From Bdellovibrionia bacterium (GTDB lineage: Bacteria > Bdellovibrionota > UBA1018), in assembly GCA_044347055.1 (NCBI GenBank), contig JBIIXZ010000001.1, forward strand, positions 1-47,223: a stretch of 47,223 nt of DNA, written 5' to 3'. Of this stretch, positions 7,919 to 16,930 are shown one piece after another (within the stretch, counting starts at the first letter, position 1; every line of letters begins with the position of its first letter). The notes beneath the pieces are model-generated. The model worked only from the letters and a program-made list of their open reading frames with translations, was not told the DNA's origin and did no database searches. The translations under genes were made by a program, and so were the position numbers.

Positions 7919-9792
7919 CAAGTGATCCTTGCGACCGCCAGCGTGACGTCATCGTCGAGGTCCTTGCCGGCATTGTGTTCCATGAACTCGGCCATGAGCT
8001 TTTCGATGACGGAATCCGGGCCGGCGCCCACCGTGGCCTCCACGATGCGACGAACGCGTTTTTTGCCGAACTGTTCGCCTTCGAGATTTTTTCCTTCGGG
8101 AAGTCCATCCGTGTAGAGAAAGAGCAGGTCGTTACTGGAGAACGGCACGGTCTTTTCACGGTAGGGCTCGATATCGCGCGATTCACCGACACGGGGGCCC
8201 TCGGCGGTGAGGCTGTTCAGCTTGAAACCGGAACCATTGCTGGTGAAGTGCCACGGTGGATTGTGGCCTGCGTTGGCGTACGTCAGGGTCATGGCGTCGA
8301 AGTCGAGCACGCACGAAAAAAAAGTCATCATGATCTGGCCGGAAGCCGCTTCGTGGACCACTCGGTTGGCGTAGGCGAGCATCGCCCCCGGTGAATAGGT
8401 GAAATCCGGGTCTTCCTGCGCCAGCTTGTGCATCACGCTGAAGCAGCTCCGCGCGGAGGCGGTGATGAGCGCACTGGGGATTCCATGTCCGGTTGCGTCC
8501 GCAATCATGAGGCAGAGGCGGTTTCCCACCTTGAAAAAGCCCCACCAGTCTCCACCGCACTGCGATGCCGACTGGTAGCGGCTGCTGATCTCGATTCGGG
8601 AATCCGAAAACTTTGCTGGAGGAATCAGGGTCTGCTGAACCGTGGACGCAACGGCCAGTTCGTTCTCGAGTTGAACCTTTTTCACGCTCTCCTCGATCAG
8701 CTCGCTGATCTTGCGGGACATCACGTTGAACGAGGCTCCGAGCGCTCCGATCTCATCGCGGCTCCGGGTGTTCAGGCTCAGGTCGAATCTGCCGGACGCC
8801 ACATCCTTGGTGGCCTGATAGAGCTCCAGGATGGGAGCGGTGAGGCTTTTTGCGAAGATGAGGGCAAAAATGATGCCGGTGGTGATGCAGATGATGCCAA
8901 GAAGCACGAATTTTTCGGCCAGCGTGTAAGTCGACGCCATTGCCTTCTGCCAGTCGATCCGCGAGATCGCCACCAGGTCGAGGCCCGGCCTGGTATAGCT
9001 GGCAAGCACTCTCTGGTTCTCGAGCCGGAACTCGCCTGCACCGGAGGCTACCGGATTCTTCAGCGCCGCCTGGAAGATCGGATCATTGACGATGTTTGCA
9101 GCAGAAAACTGGACGGAGTTTTCCGAATCAAAGAGCACGTATCCGTCCGTGTTGCTGATCGTGATTCTCGAGCCTCGGAACTCTTTTGCAAAATCCCTGA
9201 TCGGCGCAAAGCCGATGACCACTGGAATCGTGTCGTCCGCCGACTTGTACTTGGTGTCCGCAAGGATGATGGCCTGCGAGGGCTGTCCCGGCCGAGAGGT
9301 ATTGACGAGGTAGACCTGCGATTTCATCAGCCCGGGAGTGGCAATCGGAAACCATTCATTGGCCAGGTTGAAGTCATCCGATTTCAATTTTGCCTTCTGG
9401 AGCCCTTCCTCCTGGGTAAAGGTTGCGCCCGGCTCGAAGACGAGAGTCTTCGTCGAAAGCCTTCCCGCCTTGATCAGCAGCAGGTCCGACTGGTTGTCAA
9501 TGGTGGACTGGATTGCTCGACGCTCCGTCGGCGAGACCGGCCGCGCGGGGTCAAAGTTGGACAGCACGAGGCGAAGCGTGGAGAGGGCGCGACCATTCAG
9601 GTTGAGGAACTCTCGACTCGCCAGAAGCGTCTCGGTCCCCTGCGCCTGGAAGGTGTAGGCGCGCTTGTCGTCGGTGAGAACGACAATGGTGGAAACCGTG
9701 AGGAAGGCGATCACGACCAGCAACAACGTGACGACACTGAGCAGGAGCTTGGTGCCCAGTGAGAATTTGACCTTAAATTGCTGTTGCTCCAT
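7918..9792 (-). CDS. Sensor PP2C (SpoIIE/RsbU-type) serine phosphatase with extracytoplasmic domain and HAMP
   Basis: Two TM segments flank a ~270-aa domain. The HAMP reads PILELYQATKDVASGRFDLSLNTRSRDEIGALGASFNVM. The PP2C motif reads GGDWWGFF...LMIADATGHGIPSALITA. I prefer the ATG at 9792 (MEQQQFKVKF...). The track start at 9957 would overlap the divergent gene at 9841. Confidence 0.8.
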   Translation of the reverse strand: MEQQQFKVKFSLGTKLLLSVVTLLLVVIAFLTVSTIVVLTDDKRAYTFQAQGTETLLASREFLNLNGRALSTLRLVLSNFDPARPVSPTERRAIQSTIDNQSDLLLIKAGRLSTKTLVFEPGATFTQEEGLQKAKLKSDDFNLANEWFPIATPGLMKSQVYLVNTSRPGQPSQAIILADTKYKSADDTIPVVIGFAPIRDFAKEFRGSRITISNTDGYVLFDSENSVQFSAANIVNDPIFQAALKNPVASGAGEFRLENQRVLASYTRPGLDLVAISRIDWQKAMASTYTLAEKFVLLGIICITTGIIFALIFAKSLTAPILELYQATKDVASGRFDLSLNTRSRDEIGALGASFNVMSRKISELIEESVKKVQLENELAVASTVQQTLIPPAKFSDSRIEISSRYQSASQCGGDWWGFFKVGNRLCLMIADATGHGIPSALITASARSCFSVMHKLAQEDPDFTYSPGAMLAYANRVVHEAASGQIMMTFFSCVLDFDAMTLTYANAGHNPPWHFTSNGSGFKLNSLTAEGPRVGESRDIEPYREKTVPFSSNDLLFLYTDGLPEGKNLEGEQFGKKRVRRIVEATVGAGPDSVIEKLMAEFMEHNAGKDLDDDVTLAVARIT

Positions 9793-9840
9793 TCCTTCAT
9801 TGTCCCTAAAATTTTGGTGAACACAATGACGAGGTGATTC

Positions 9841-10305
9841 GTGCTCAACGTGATGAAGGAACAGAAGGGCAACGTGCTTGCCGTCCGGATGGTCGGATCG
9901 ATCGAAGAGTCCGTCAATTTCGAGACGCTCATCGGCACGCCCGGACCCGAACTTCACGTCAACTGCAAGGAAGTGCCCCGGATCAACTCGATCGGGGTCA
10001 AGGCATGGATCAAGTACTTCTCCGGACTGCAGCAGGCCGGCGTGAAGCTTCGACTCCTGGAGTGTTCCACCGCCATCGTCGAGCAGATCAACCTGATCTC
10101 GAACTTCACCTGCGGAGCAGCGGTGGAGTCCATCTATGTTCCATTTTCATGCGGTAGCTGCCGGGGGGAGTTCATCGCCCTGTTCAAGGTCGAAGACCTC
10201 AAGAAGATCGGCATGAACATTCCGGAGCTCAGCTGCCCCAAGTGCGCCGGCAAGGCGGCCTTCGATGACATTCCGGAAGAGTACTTCGGCTTTCTTTCGC
10301 GATAA
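9841..10305 (+). CDS. STAS-domain (anti-sigma-antagonist-like) protein with C-terminal Cys4 zinc-ribbon
   Basis: The STAS-like motif RINSIGVKAWIKYF aligns to the SpoIIAA DSSG motif with the phospho-Ser retained. The C-terminus has CGSC...(29 aa)...CPKC. GAGG at 9831-9834 sits 6 nt before the GTG at 9841; an alternative ATG is at 9853. Confidence 0.6.
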   Translation: MLNVMKEQKGNVLAVRMVGSIEESVNFETLIGTPGPELHVNCKEVPRINSIGVKAWIKYFSGLQQAGVKLRLLECSTAIVEQINLISNFTCGAAVESIYVPFSCGSCRGEFIALFKVEDLKKIGMNIPELSCPKCAGKAAFDDIPEEYFGFLSR

Positions 10306-10313
10306 GGCCGGAT

Positions 10314-11288
10314 GTGACGAAGTCCCTCATTGCCATTACCCAACGCAGTGACGACCTGGCCTTTCTGGCCCAGGTGGCGCTTTCCGCCGGCCTGACGCTG
10401 CGTCAGCCCCAGGATCTCGAGTCCGCCATGGGGATGATCGAGTCCGAGGAGCTTCCGGTCATCTTCGTGGATGCCTCGACGGAGGCAAGTTACCGCGCAT
10501 TCGAGGCTGCCATCCATCAGAGCTTTGGCATCTTTTCGTCCCGTGTTTCAGCAAACCAGATCCATTACCTCAGCTCGGGCGACATCTATGAGGTGCCCTA
10601 CCTGATCTCGAGCCCGATCTTCGGCAGCTACCTGCATCGAAATTTCACGCAGTCGGCGACGGTGGGCGAGCATTACGGACGGATCCTGAAATCTTCGCTC
10701 GATGAAAAGGCGTTCGGAATCCAGCGCATGATCAAGGCCGGCACGCGCGTCCAGAGCATCCAGCTGAAGTCTTCGCTCCAGAAGCAGGAGGCCGTCGAGG
10801 TGGTCAGGAACTACCTGGTCGCCCTGAAGTTCCAGACAAGAATGGCCACGGTCATCTCGAATGCCGTCGATGAGCTGATCATGAATGCCATCTATGATGC
10901 TCCGGTGGATTCCGCCGGAAAGCATCTTTACAATGCCACGGCCAGGAACAATGCCCTCCAGCTCTCCGGCAAGGCTGCGGTGGAGCTGCACGTGGCGTTT
11001 GACGGAGAGAACGTGGCACTCACGGCCGTGGACCTCTACGGCAGCCTCGACAAGGGCAAGCTCTTGTCGGCCATTTCCAAGATCTACACGGAGCAGGAGT
11101 ACAAGGTCAGGACCGGAACCGCGGGCGCGGGCCTGGGTCTGGCAACCGTTTTCCACTCCGGCGGCAGCTTCCACTTTTCCAGCGAAAACGGAGTTCGAAC
11201 CGAAGTCAGCGTCTTCTTCCGAAAGACTGAAAACTTCCGAGAATTCAAAAATCAGTTTCGTTTCATCTCGACCCAGTTCTATTTCTAG
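10314..11288 (+). CDS. Pseudo-receiver domain fused to RsbW/SpoIIAB-like GHKL serine kinase
   Basis: The C-terminal half has an N-box-like VDELIMNAIYDA, a G-box TGTAGAGLGLATV and DLYGSLD. The N-terminal ~120 aa has a REC-like alternating pattern (LIAIT...VIFVD). GTG start lies 8 nt after the STAS gene stop. Confidence 0.55.
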   Translation: MTKSLIAITQRSDDLAFLAQVALSAGLTLRQPQDLESAMGMIESEELPVIFVDASTEASYRAFEAAIHQSFGIFSSRVSANQIHYLSSGDIYEVPYLISSPIFGSYLHRNFTQSATVGEHYGRILKSSLDEKAFGIQRMIKAGTRVQSIQLKSSLQKQEAVEVVRNYLVALKFQTRMATVISNAVDELIMNAIYDAPVDSAGKHLYNATARNNALQLSGKAAVELHVAFDGENVALTAVDLYGSLDKGKLLSAISKIYTEQEYKVRTGTAGAGLGLATVFHSGGSFHFSSENGVRTEVSVFFRKTENFREFKNQFRFISTQFYF

Positions 11289-11292
11289 GTTC

Positions 11293-11913
11293 ATGAAGGT
11301 CATTCTTGCCTCCACCTCTCCCCGAAGAATCAGCCTGATGGAACAGGCTCGAATCCATGTCGAAGTGCTCTCGCCCCGATGCGAGGAGCTGACGAAGCGT
11401 GGAGAATCGCCTGCTCGCATGGTTCGCCGACTGGCTCTGGAGAAGGCCCAGTCCGTGGCGTTGCTGCCGGAGGCCGGGCAGGGAGAGCCCGCGGTGGTGA
11501 TTGCCGCCGACACCACGGTGGTGGCTCCGGGCGGAAAACGAATCCTCGGAAAGCCGATGGATGTTCGCGATGCCGAGCGCATGCTCAAGCTCATTTCCGG
11601 TAAGACGCACGAGGTGCTGACCGGCTATTGCCTGCTGGGTTGGGACGAAAACGGCCGCATGACCACGTGGTCGCGCGTCGTGCGTTCCAGGGTGACGATG
11701 CGAAAGGTGTCGACGGAGATGATCCGTGACTACGTTGCCAGCGGAGAGCCCATGGACAAGGCGGGCTCGTACGCTGCTCAGGGATTCGGGATGAACTGGA
11801 TCCAGGCCATTCGCGGCAGCTACACAAACGTGGTCGGCCTTCCGATGTGCGAGCTCCTGATGGACCTCGAAGAAAAATTTGGAGTCCGGCCACGGAGCCG
11901 GTTGGAAGCGTGA
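11293..11913 (+). CDS. maf: Maf-family nucleoside triphosphate pyrophosphatase
   Basis: Reads MKVILASTSPRRISLM...GKP.D...A...L...SG..H.V.TG...DKAG.Y..QG. The internal ATG at 11293 is in frame within the 10885..11913 ORF; the upstream part overlaps the preceding gene. Confidence 0.85.
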   Translation: MKVILASTSPRRISLMEQARIHVEVLSPRCEELTKRGESPARMVRRLALEKAQSVALLPEAGQGEPAVVIAADTTVVAPGGKRILGKPMDVRDAERMLKLISGKTHEVLTGYCLLGWDENGRMTTWSRVVRSRVTMRKVSTEMIRDYVASGEPMDKAGSYAAQGFGMNWIQAIRGSYTNVVGLPMCELLMDLEEKFGVRPRSRLEA

Positions 11914-12593
11914 GCCACGTCGCAGAAAAGCTTCAGCAGGTGCGTTCTCTCCTGTCAGGACATCCGAATGCAGCGCTGATCGCGGTGAGCAAGGGACAGC
12001 CCTTCGAGAAGATCCTCGAAGCCTACCATGCCGGCCAGCGCGACTTCGGCGAGAACTACGTGCAGGAGCTGCTCGAAAAGGACGCGCAGGTTCGCGCCGC
12101 CGGAATCACGGATCTTCGATGGCATTTCATCGGCCACCTCCAGACCAACAAGGTGAAGGCGCTCCTTCCGGTCGTCTCGGCGATCCACACGGTCGGGTCG
12201 CAACGACTGGCGCAGGAGCTCTCGAAGCGCTGGGCGTCTTCAGGCCGCTCCGGTCGGCTTCCGGTGTTTCTCGAGGTCAACATCGATCGCGAGGAGTCCA
12301 AGGGGGGCCTCGATCCGGACACGGTCCTCGCCGAATATGCCGCCATGCGCGAGCTTCCAGGGCTCGAGTGGCGGGGTCTGATGTGCATTCCCGCTCCCGA
12401 GGGCGGTCGGTCGGGCGAGTCCTTTCGCAGGCTGGTCAAACTGGAGATGCAGCTCCGGCCCGGCACCGCAGGCGAACTCTCCATGGGAATGAGCGATGAT
12501 TACGAGATTGCACTCCGTGAAGGCGCTGGTGCGTCGAAGGTCTGGATCCGTATCGGCACCGGAATTTTCGGGGCGAGGCAGCCGCGCGCGTAG
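11910..12593 (+). CDS. yggS: YggS-family pyridoxal-phosphate homeostasis protein
   Basis: Motifs: LIAVSKGQP, FGENYVQEL, WHFIGHLQTNKVK, ELSMGMSDDYE.A. The GTG at 11910 overlaps the maf TGA (GTGA). Confidence 0.85.
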   Translation: MSHVAEKLQQVRSLLSGHPNAALIAVSKGQPFEKILEAYHAGQRDFGENYVQELLEKDAQVRAAGITDLRWHFIGHLQTNKVKALLPVVSAIHTVGSQRLAQELSKRWASSGRSGRLPVFLEVNIDREESKGGLDPDTVLAEYAAMRELPGLEWRGLMCIPAPEGGRSGESFRRLVKLEMQLRPGTAGELSMGMSDDYEIALREGAGASKVWIRIGTGIFGARQPRA

Positions 12594-12649
12594 GGTTTCC
12601 AGATCCGGGGTTGGCCCGCGACTTCCGCTGTGCTAGCAAGGATTCAAGT

Positions 12650-12726
<77 letters not shown>

Positions 12727-12736
12727 TCTTTTCCTC

Positions 12737-13315
12737 TCACCAACTCCGTGAACGAATCGTGCCGGTGTCCTCGTCGAGCGAGCCGCCCCTCCAGCCGTCG
12801 CCCCGAGAGGCGGGCTGGCGAGTCTCTGGCTCAGCCGGCTTTTTTTCCGCAACGGCGTCATGGCCTTCCGGATAGAGCTGCGAAGGCCCGGGCTCGGTCT
12901 GGTAGGCGACCAGGGGTGAGCCCGCGGGAGAGTTCGAGATCACGAATTTGTCGTATTCCTTTCCACTCCTCGGATCGCGGTAGACCCTGAAGCCCGGCTC
13001 CAAGGAAATGCCGAGGACATTTCGGCGAACGAGCTGCTCGTTCGGGCTGGAGTGGAAGCGATAGCCGATGACCATGACCTTTTTCGCGGGATCGCGGTCA
13101 TCGATCTTGAGCGCGAGGCTCTTGGTGCTCCCGCCCGGGTAGACGTGGATTTCGAGGTTTCCTTCCCACTCGATGACATTGACCTTCTTGCCGGAGCGGC
13201 CGCGGCCGTCCAGGCGATCATAATCGTCATCGAAACCGGCGGCAAAGCCGCCGGGCCCAGTGCCCAGGGTGATGAGGGAGGCCAGAGCCAGCGAAAGCAG
13301 TGTCGACGCGCGCAT
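12737..13315 (-). CDS. Secreted hypothetical protein
   Basis: 192-aa ORF with an N-terminal signal peptide (MRASTLLSLALASLITLGTG). No family recognised. Confidence 0.6.
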   Translation of the reverse strand: MRASTLLSLALASLITLGTGPGGFAAGFDDDYDRLDGRGRSGKKVNVIEWEGNLEIHVYPGGSTKSLALKIDDRDPAKKVMVIGYRFHSSPNEQLVRRNVLGISLEPGFRVYRDPRSGKEYDKFVISNSPAGSPLVAYQTEPGPSQLYPEGHDAVAEKKPAEPETRQPASRGDGWRGGSLDEDTGTIRSRSW

Positions 13316-13508
13316 GGATTTTCTCCTGTCCTAATCTTTTCGGCTGGGGACGGCTCAGGCGAGAGTGTGTCATTTCTTGAAAATGCAGAGATTTCGGCGT
13401 TTCGGTGCGTCTTTCGGGACACATCTGGCGGGGCTGGTGAAGCTCTGCGATCCTGAAAGGGTTGAAATCTGCGGCACGTCGGCGATCGAATCCTGGAAGG
13501 AGCTCGAC

Positions 13509-14825
13509 GTGCGTTTCGTTTTACCGAAAACCCTTGGTACCACCCTGGCTCTCTCTTCGGTCGTGCTTGCGGCCGAGGCTCATGCGGCGGGAATTTACCG
13601 CGTGACGGAATACTCGCTCGGCGGTGCCGTGGGCGGACCGGACGAGATGCAGGATCAATGGACCAACAAAGGTTACACGTCGACGGGCCAGAACCTGACG
13701 CCCGGAGTAGTGGCCGTGGACGAGAGCGCGGGATTTCCGCTCGGCACGATCTTCAAGGATCCGGACACAGGGTACTGCTACATTGCAGCCGACCGGCACG
13801 GAAACGGAAATCCCCGGGTGATCGACGTCTACCGGCCCCCGTCGCAATACGGATCGACGCCCGGATTCATGTCGCTCGATGTCTGGAAGCAGGGCGCGGG
13901 ACGCTCCAGCGTCGGCGCCACTCCGGAAGCGATCCGCGCGCAGCTCGAGGAATGCGGAGAGGTTCCCGAAGGAGAGTCCGCCAAGGACTGGCTGGCGGGA
14001 AAATCCTCGGGCAACGGCAATTATATCGCCCATGACGAGAAGGCCCGCGGGGGAAAGTCGAAGGATGCTTGCCGGCAGTCCGCGACGATGGACTCCAAAG
14101 CCGAGTGCGATCCGACCCATGAAAAAGTGGCGATTTCCAAAGTAGTGGAGAAGGTCGTGAGCGATGTGGGTACCCGGTCGGTCGAAGCGAAGGGAAGGCA
14201 GGAGGCTGCCGCAGCCCTGGCCGAAGGCCCTCAGAACATGAAGGAGCCTTACTCGGCCGCACTGCGCGCCGCCGGGCACGGCGAGAATGTGCTCACGACC
14301 GCCGGTCAGACTAATCTTCTCGAGTCGATGGGCCAGTTTGAGCGAGCCCGCCTCCATCACCAGATGCGTCGCAAGCTCGCGCGCGAGATCGAGAGAGAGA
14401 AGCAGGAGGTCCAGTCGGCAACCGCCGACGAGTCCGACCTGGCGAGCTCCGGCCAGGAGGAGGGCAGCACCTATGCCCTGAAAAGCAGGACGGTTCGAAA
14501 GTTCGAGATGAATTCTGCCGGAACGGTCAAGGGCCAGCAGTGCAATGTCCAGACGGATCCCGGGTGCCGGATGGCAAAGATGAAGCGTCGCGACGGCTTC
14601 GAGCAGAAAAAGAAGCATGTCTCCGGACTCCTCGACGGACTCAAAAGGGACGTGCAAAAGGAGCAGGACTCCTCCGAGAAGGAGGCCCAGCAGGGGGCTC
14701 TCGCCTCGCTTGGTAAAGCCATCCAGCAGCTTCAAGGGGCAGCCCAGGCCAAAAAGCAGAAGCGCGAACTCGCCTCGACGCTGGAGTCGATGCAGGGCGA
14801 GCCAAGCACCCCCGAGCAGGAGTAG
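13509..14825 (+). CDS. Secreted 3D-domain (MltA/RlpA-like double-psi barrel) protein with long charged coiled-coil tail
   Basis: Signal peptide: VRFVLPKTLGTTLALSSVVLAAEAHA. The 3D motif reads GVVAVDESAGFPLGTIF...YIAADRHGNGNPRVIDVY. GGAAGGAG lies 7 nt upstream of the GTG at 13509. The track start at 13365 adds a non-signal extension. Confidence 0.7.
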   Translation: MRFVLPKTLGTTLALSSVVLAAEAHAAGIYRVTEYSLGGAVGGPDEMQDQWTNKGYTSTGQNLTPGVVAVDESAGFPLGTIFKDPDTGYCYIAADRHGNGNPRVIDVYRPPSQYGSTPGFMSLDVWKQGAGRSSVGATPEAIRAQLEECGEVPEGESAKDWLAGKSSGNGNYIAHDEKARGGKSKDACRQSATMDSKAECDPTHEKVAISKVVEKVVSDVGTRSVEAKGRQEAAAALAEGPQNMKEPYSAALRAAGHGENVLTTAGQTNLLESMGQFERARLHHQMRRKLAREIEREKQEVQSATADESDLASSGQEEGSTYALKSRTVRKFEMNSAGTVKGQQCNVQTDPGCRMAKMKRRDGFEQKKKHVSGLLDGLKRDVQKEQDSSEKEAQQGALASLGKAIQQLQGAAQAKKQKRELASTLESMQGEPSTPEQE

Positions 14826-14883
14826 TCCGCAAATCTTTCCGATCCGAGATCCGCTCTAGACATCGCGGAAAAATCGTTTCAAC

Positions 14884-16929
14884 GTGCGTGGTATGAGAAT
14901 CGCCTTCACGCACAACCTGAAGACCAGCACTGCCGAGTCCGAAGCGGAGTTCGATACGCCGGAAACAGTGGCGGCGATCCGGAAGTCGCTCGAAAGCCTG
15001 GGCCACGAAGTGGAAGCCGTCGAAGTCAGCGGCCCGGCGTCGCGCACGATCGCGCGGCTCGAGGCGCTCTCGCCGCAGATCATCTTCAACACGGCCGAAG
15101 GCCACCGCGGCCGCTTCCGCGAAGGATTTTTTCCGGGAATCTTTGAGCAAATCGGCGTTCCGTTCACGGGATCCGACGCCTACGTCTGCACGCTGACCCT
15201 CGACAAGGCGCTGACCAAGAAGGTGGTCGAGGAAGCCGGCATCCGCACGCCGCGCTCGCTCTTCATCCGCGAGCTCTCCGAGCTCTCAGGCCAGAAGCTT
15301 CGTTTTCCGCTGATCCTGAAGCCGAACTTCGAAGGAAGCTCGAAAGGAATCACCGTCGATTCGATCGTCGAGGACCAGGCAGCACTCGAAAAGCGCGCCT
15401 CGATCCTGCTCGCCAACTATTCGAGCGGCGTGCTGGTCGAGGAGTACATCCTCGGCCGCGATATTGCCGTACCGATGATCGAAGGTGTTTCGGACGAAAC
15501 CGGCGGAGTGCTCTCGCCGATCGAGTATGTCTTTGATGCCGCCATCACCGCGCAGCGCAAGTTCCAGCTCTACGACTACACGCTCAAGAACGATCTTTCG
15601 GACCACGTTTCGGTCAAGCTCATGCCGAAGACCGATCCGGTCTACGCGCGCCTGATGCAGCAGTCGAAAATCGTCTTCGAAAAGCTCGGTGTGCGCGATC
15701 TTGGCCGCATCGATTACCGCGTCACCGACGACGGCGAAGTTTTTTTCATCGAAGTGAACGCGCTGCCGAGCCTCGAGCCCGGAGCCGGAATTTACCTCGC
15801 CGCTGCCGCGGCGGGGCTGACGAAGACCGAACAAGTTTTGGAAAAAGTGCTTCAGTCGACCTGCCGCCGCTACGGCATCGGGTACTCCGGCAACGGAAAT
15901 CGTCGACAGAAACAGGTGCTTCGCGTCGGATTTGCGTTCAATCAAAAGCGCATCACCCCGACCGAAGACGTCAAGACCGACCAGGAAGCCGAGTTTGATT
16001 CGCCGAAAACCCTGGAGGCGATTCGCGAAGCGATTCGCTCCTACGGCCACACGGTGATTGATCTCGAAGCGACTCCGGATCTTCCGTCGCGAATCCACCC
16101 GGAAGACGTCGACATTGTGTTCAACATTGCCGAGGGAATGCGCGGCAGAAATCGCGAATCGCAGGTGCCGGCGCTGCTGGAGCTCCTCGACATTCCGTAC
16201 ACAGGTTCAGATGCCGCGACGCTGGCTCTGGCTTTGGACAAGGGCCTTGCCAAGCGCATCGTCGCCCAGGCCGGCGTTCCGACTCCCGCCTTTCAGCTCA
16301 TGCACACGGGCAAGGAGCGCCTGAACAAGGACATCCATTTTCCGGCAATCATCAAGCCCGTAGCCGAAGGCAGCTCCAAGGGAGTGATCGGAACAAGTGT
16401 GGCGAACTCGGAGGCCGAGCTTCGCGAAAAGGCCGCCTTCATCATCGAGCGGTACCGACAGCCTGCCCTCGTGGAGGAGTTCCTGCCGGGACGCGAATTC
16501 ACGGTGGCGCTTCTCGGCGAGCGTCGTGCTCGCGTGCTGCCGCCGATGGAAATCGTGTTCACGCAGCCGGACAAGGATCCGAACCCCGTCTACTCGTACC
16601 AGCACAAGCTCAATTCGAACGACGAGGTTCGCTACGATCGTCCGGCACAGATCGAGCCACGCCTGAAGGAAACGATCGAGCGCATCTCGCGCAAGGTGTT
16701 CACGGCCCTCGGTTGCCGCGACCTTGCGCGCATCGACCTGCGCATCGATGCCCGAGGACAGGTCAACTTCATCGAGTGCAATCCGCTTCCGGGCCTGACG
16801 CCGGGCTGGTCCGACCTGTGCCTGATTGCCGAGAGTGCCGGCATCGGTTACCGTGAGCTGATCGGCGAGATCATGGCCCCGGCTATTCGCCGCTATAAGG
16901 AAAAGAAGAACCTCGAGCTGAAGGCCTGA
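14884..16929 (+). CDS. Tandem-duplicated ATP-grasp protein (two D-Ala-D-Ala-ligase-like modules fused)
   Basis: The two halves are collinear. First half: FNTAEGHRGRFRE...VPFTGSDAYVCTLTLDKALTKK...FPLILKPNFEGSSKGI. Second half: FNIAEGMRGRNRE...IPYTGSDAATLALALDKGLAKR...FPAIIKPVAEGSSKGV. The start is either the GTG at 14884 or the ATG at 14893. Confidence 0.75.
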   Translation: MRGMRIAFTHNLKTSTAESEAEFDTPETVAAIRKSLESLGHEVEAVEVSGPASRTIARLEALSPQIIFNTAEGHRGRFREGFFPGIFEQIGVPFTGSDAYVCTLTLDKALTKKVVEEAGIRTPRSLFIRELSELSGQKLRFPLILKPNFEGSSKGITVDSIVEDQAALEKRASILLANYSSGVLVEEYILGRDIAVPMIEGVSDETGGVLSPIEYVFDAAITAQRKFQLYDYTLKNDLSDHVSVKLMPKTDPVYARLMQQSKIVFEKLGVRDLGRIDYRVTDDGEVFFIEVNALPSLEPGAGIYLAAAAAGLTKTEQVLEKVLQSTCRRYGIGYSGNGNRRQKQVLRVGFAFNQKRITPTEDVKTDQEAEFDSPKTLEAIREAIRSYGHTVIDLEATPDLPSRIHPEDVDIVFNIAEGMRGRNRESQVPALLELLDIPYTGSDAATLALALDKGLAKRIVAQAGVPTPAFQLMHTGKERLNKDIHFPAIIKPVAEGSSKGVIGTSVANSEAELREKAAFIIERYRQPALVEEFLPGREFTVALLGERRARVLPPMEIVFTQPDKDPNPVYSYQHKLNSNDEVRYDRPAQIEPRLKETIERISRKVFTALGCRDLARIDLRIDARGQVNFIECNPLPGLTPGWSDLCLIAESAGIGYRELIGEIMAPAIRRYKEKKNLELKA

Positions 16930-16930
16930 G

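Noticed and set aside
5585-8116. 843-aa plus-strand ORF, the longest listed ORF in this area
   Set aside because: It runs antisense across three well-supported minus-strand genes (FNR-like, FecR-like, PP2C). Its translation is Arg/Gly/Ala-rich low-complexity with no recognisable motif. This is a typical shadow ORF of GC-rich DNA.
9793-9957. N-terminal extensions implied by the longest-ORF starts: 7918..9957, and likewise 22898..24352, 10885..11913, 11847..12593, 13365..14825, 29095..29829, 37248..37628, 43545..44207 and 44236..44871
   Set aside because: The extensions overlap neighbouring genes or precede obvious signal peptides or conserved N-termini. Internal starts with better SD spacing or stop/start overlaps fit known protein N-termini (queA, maf, yggS, tadA, greB).
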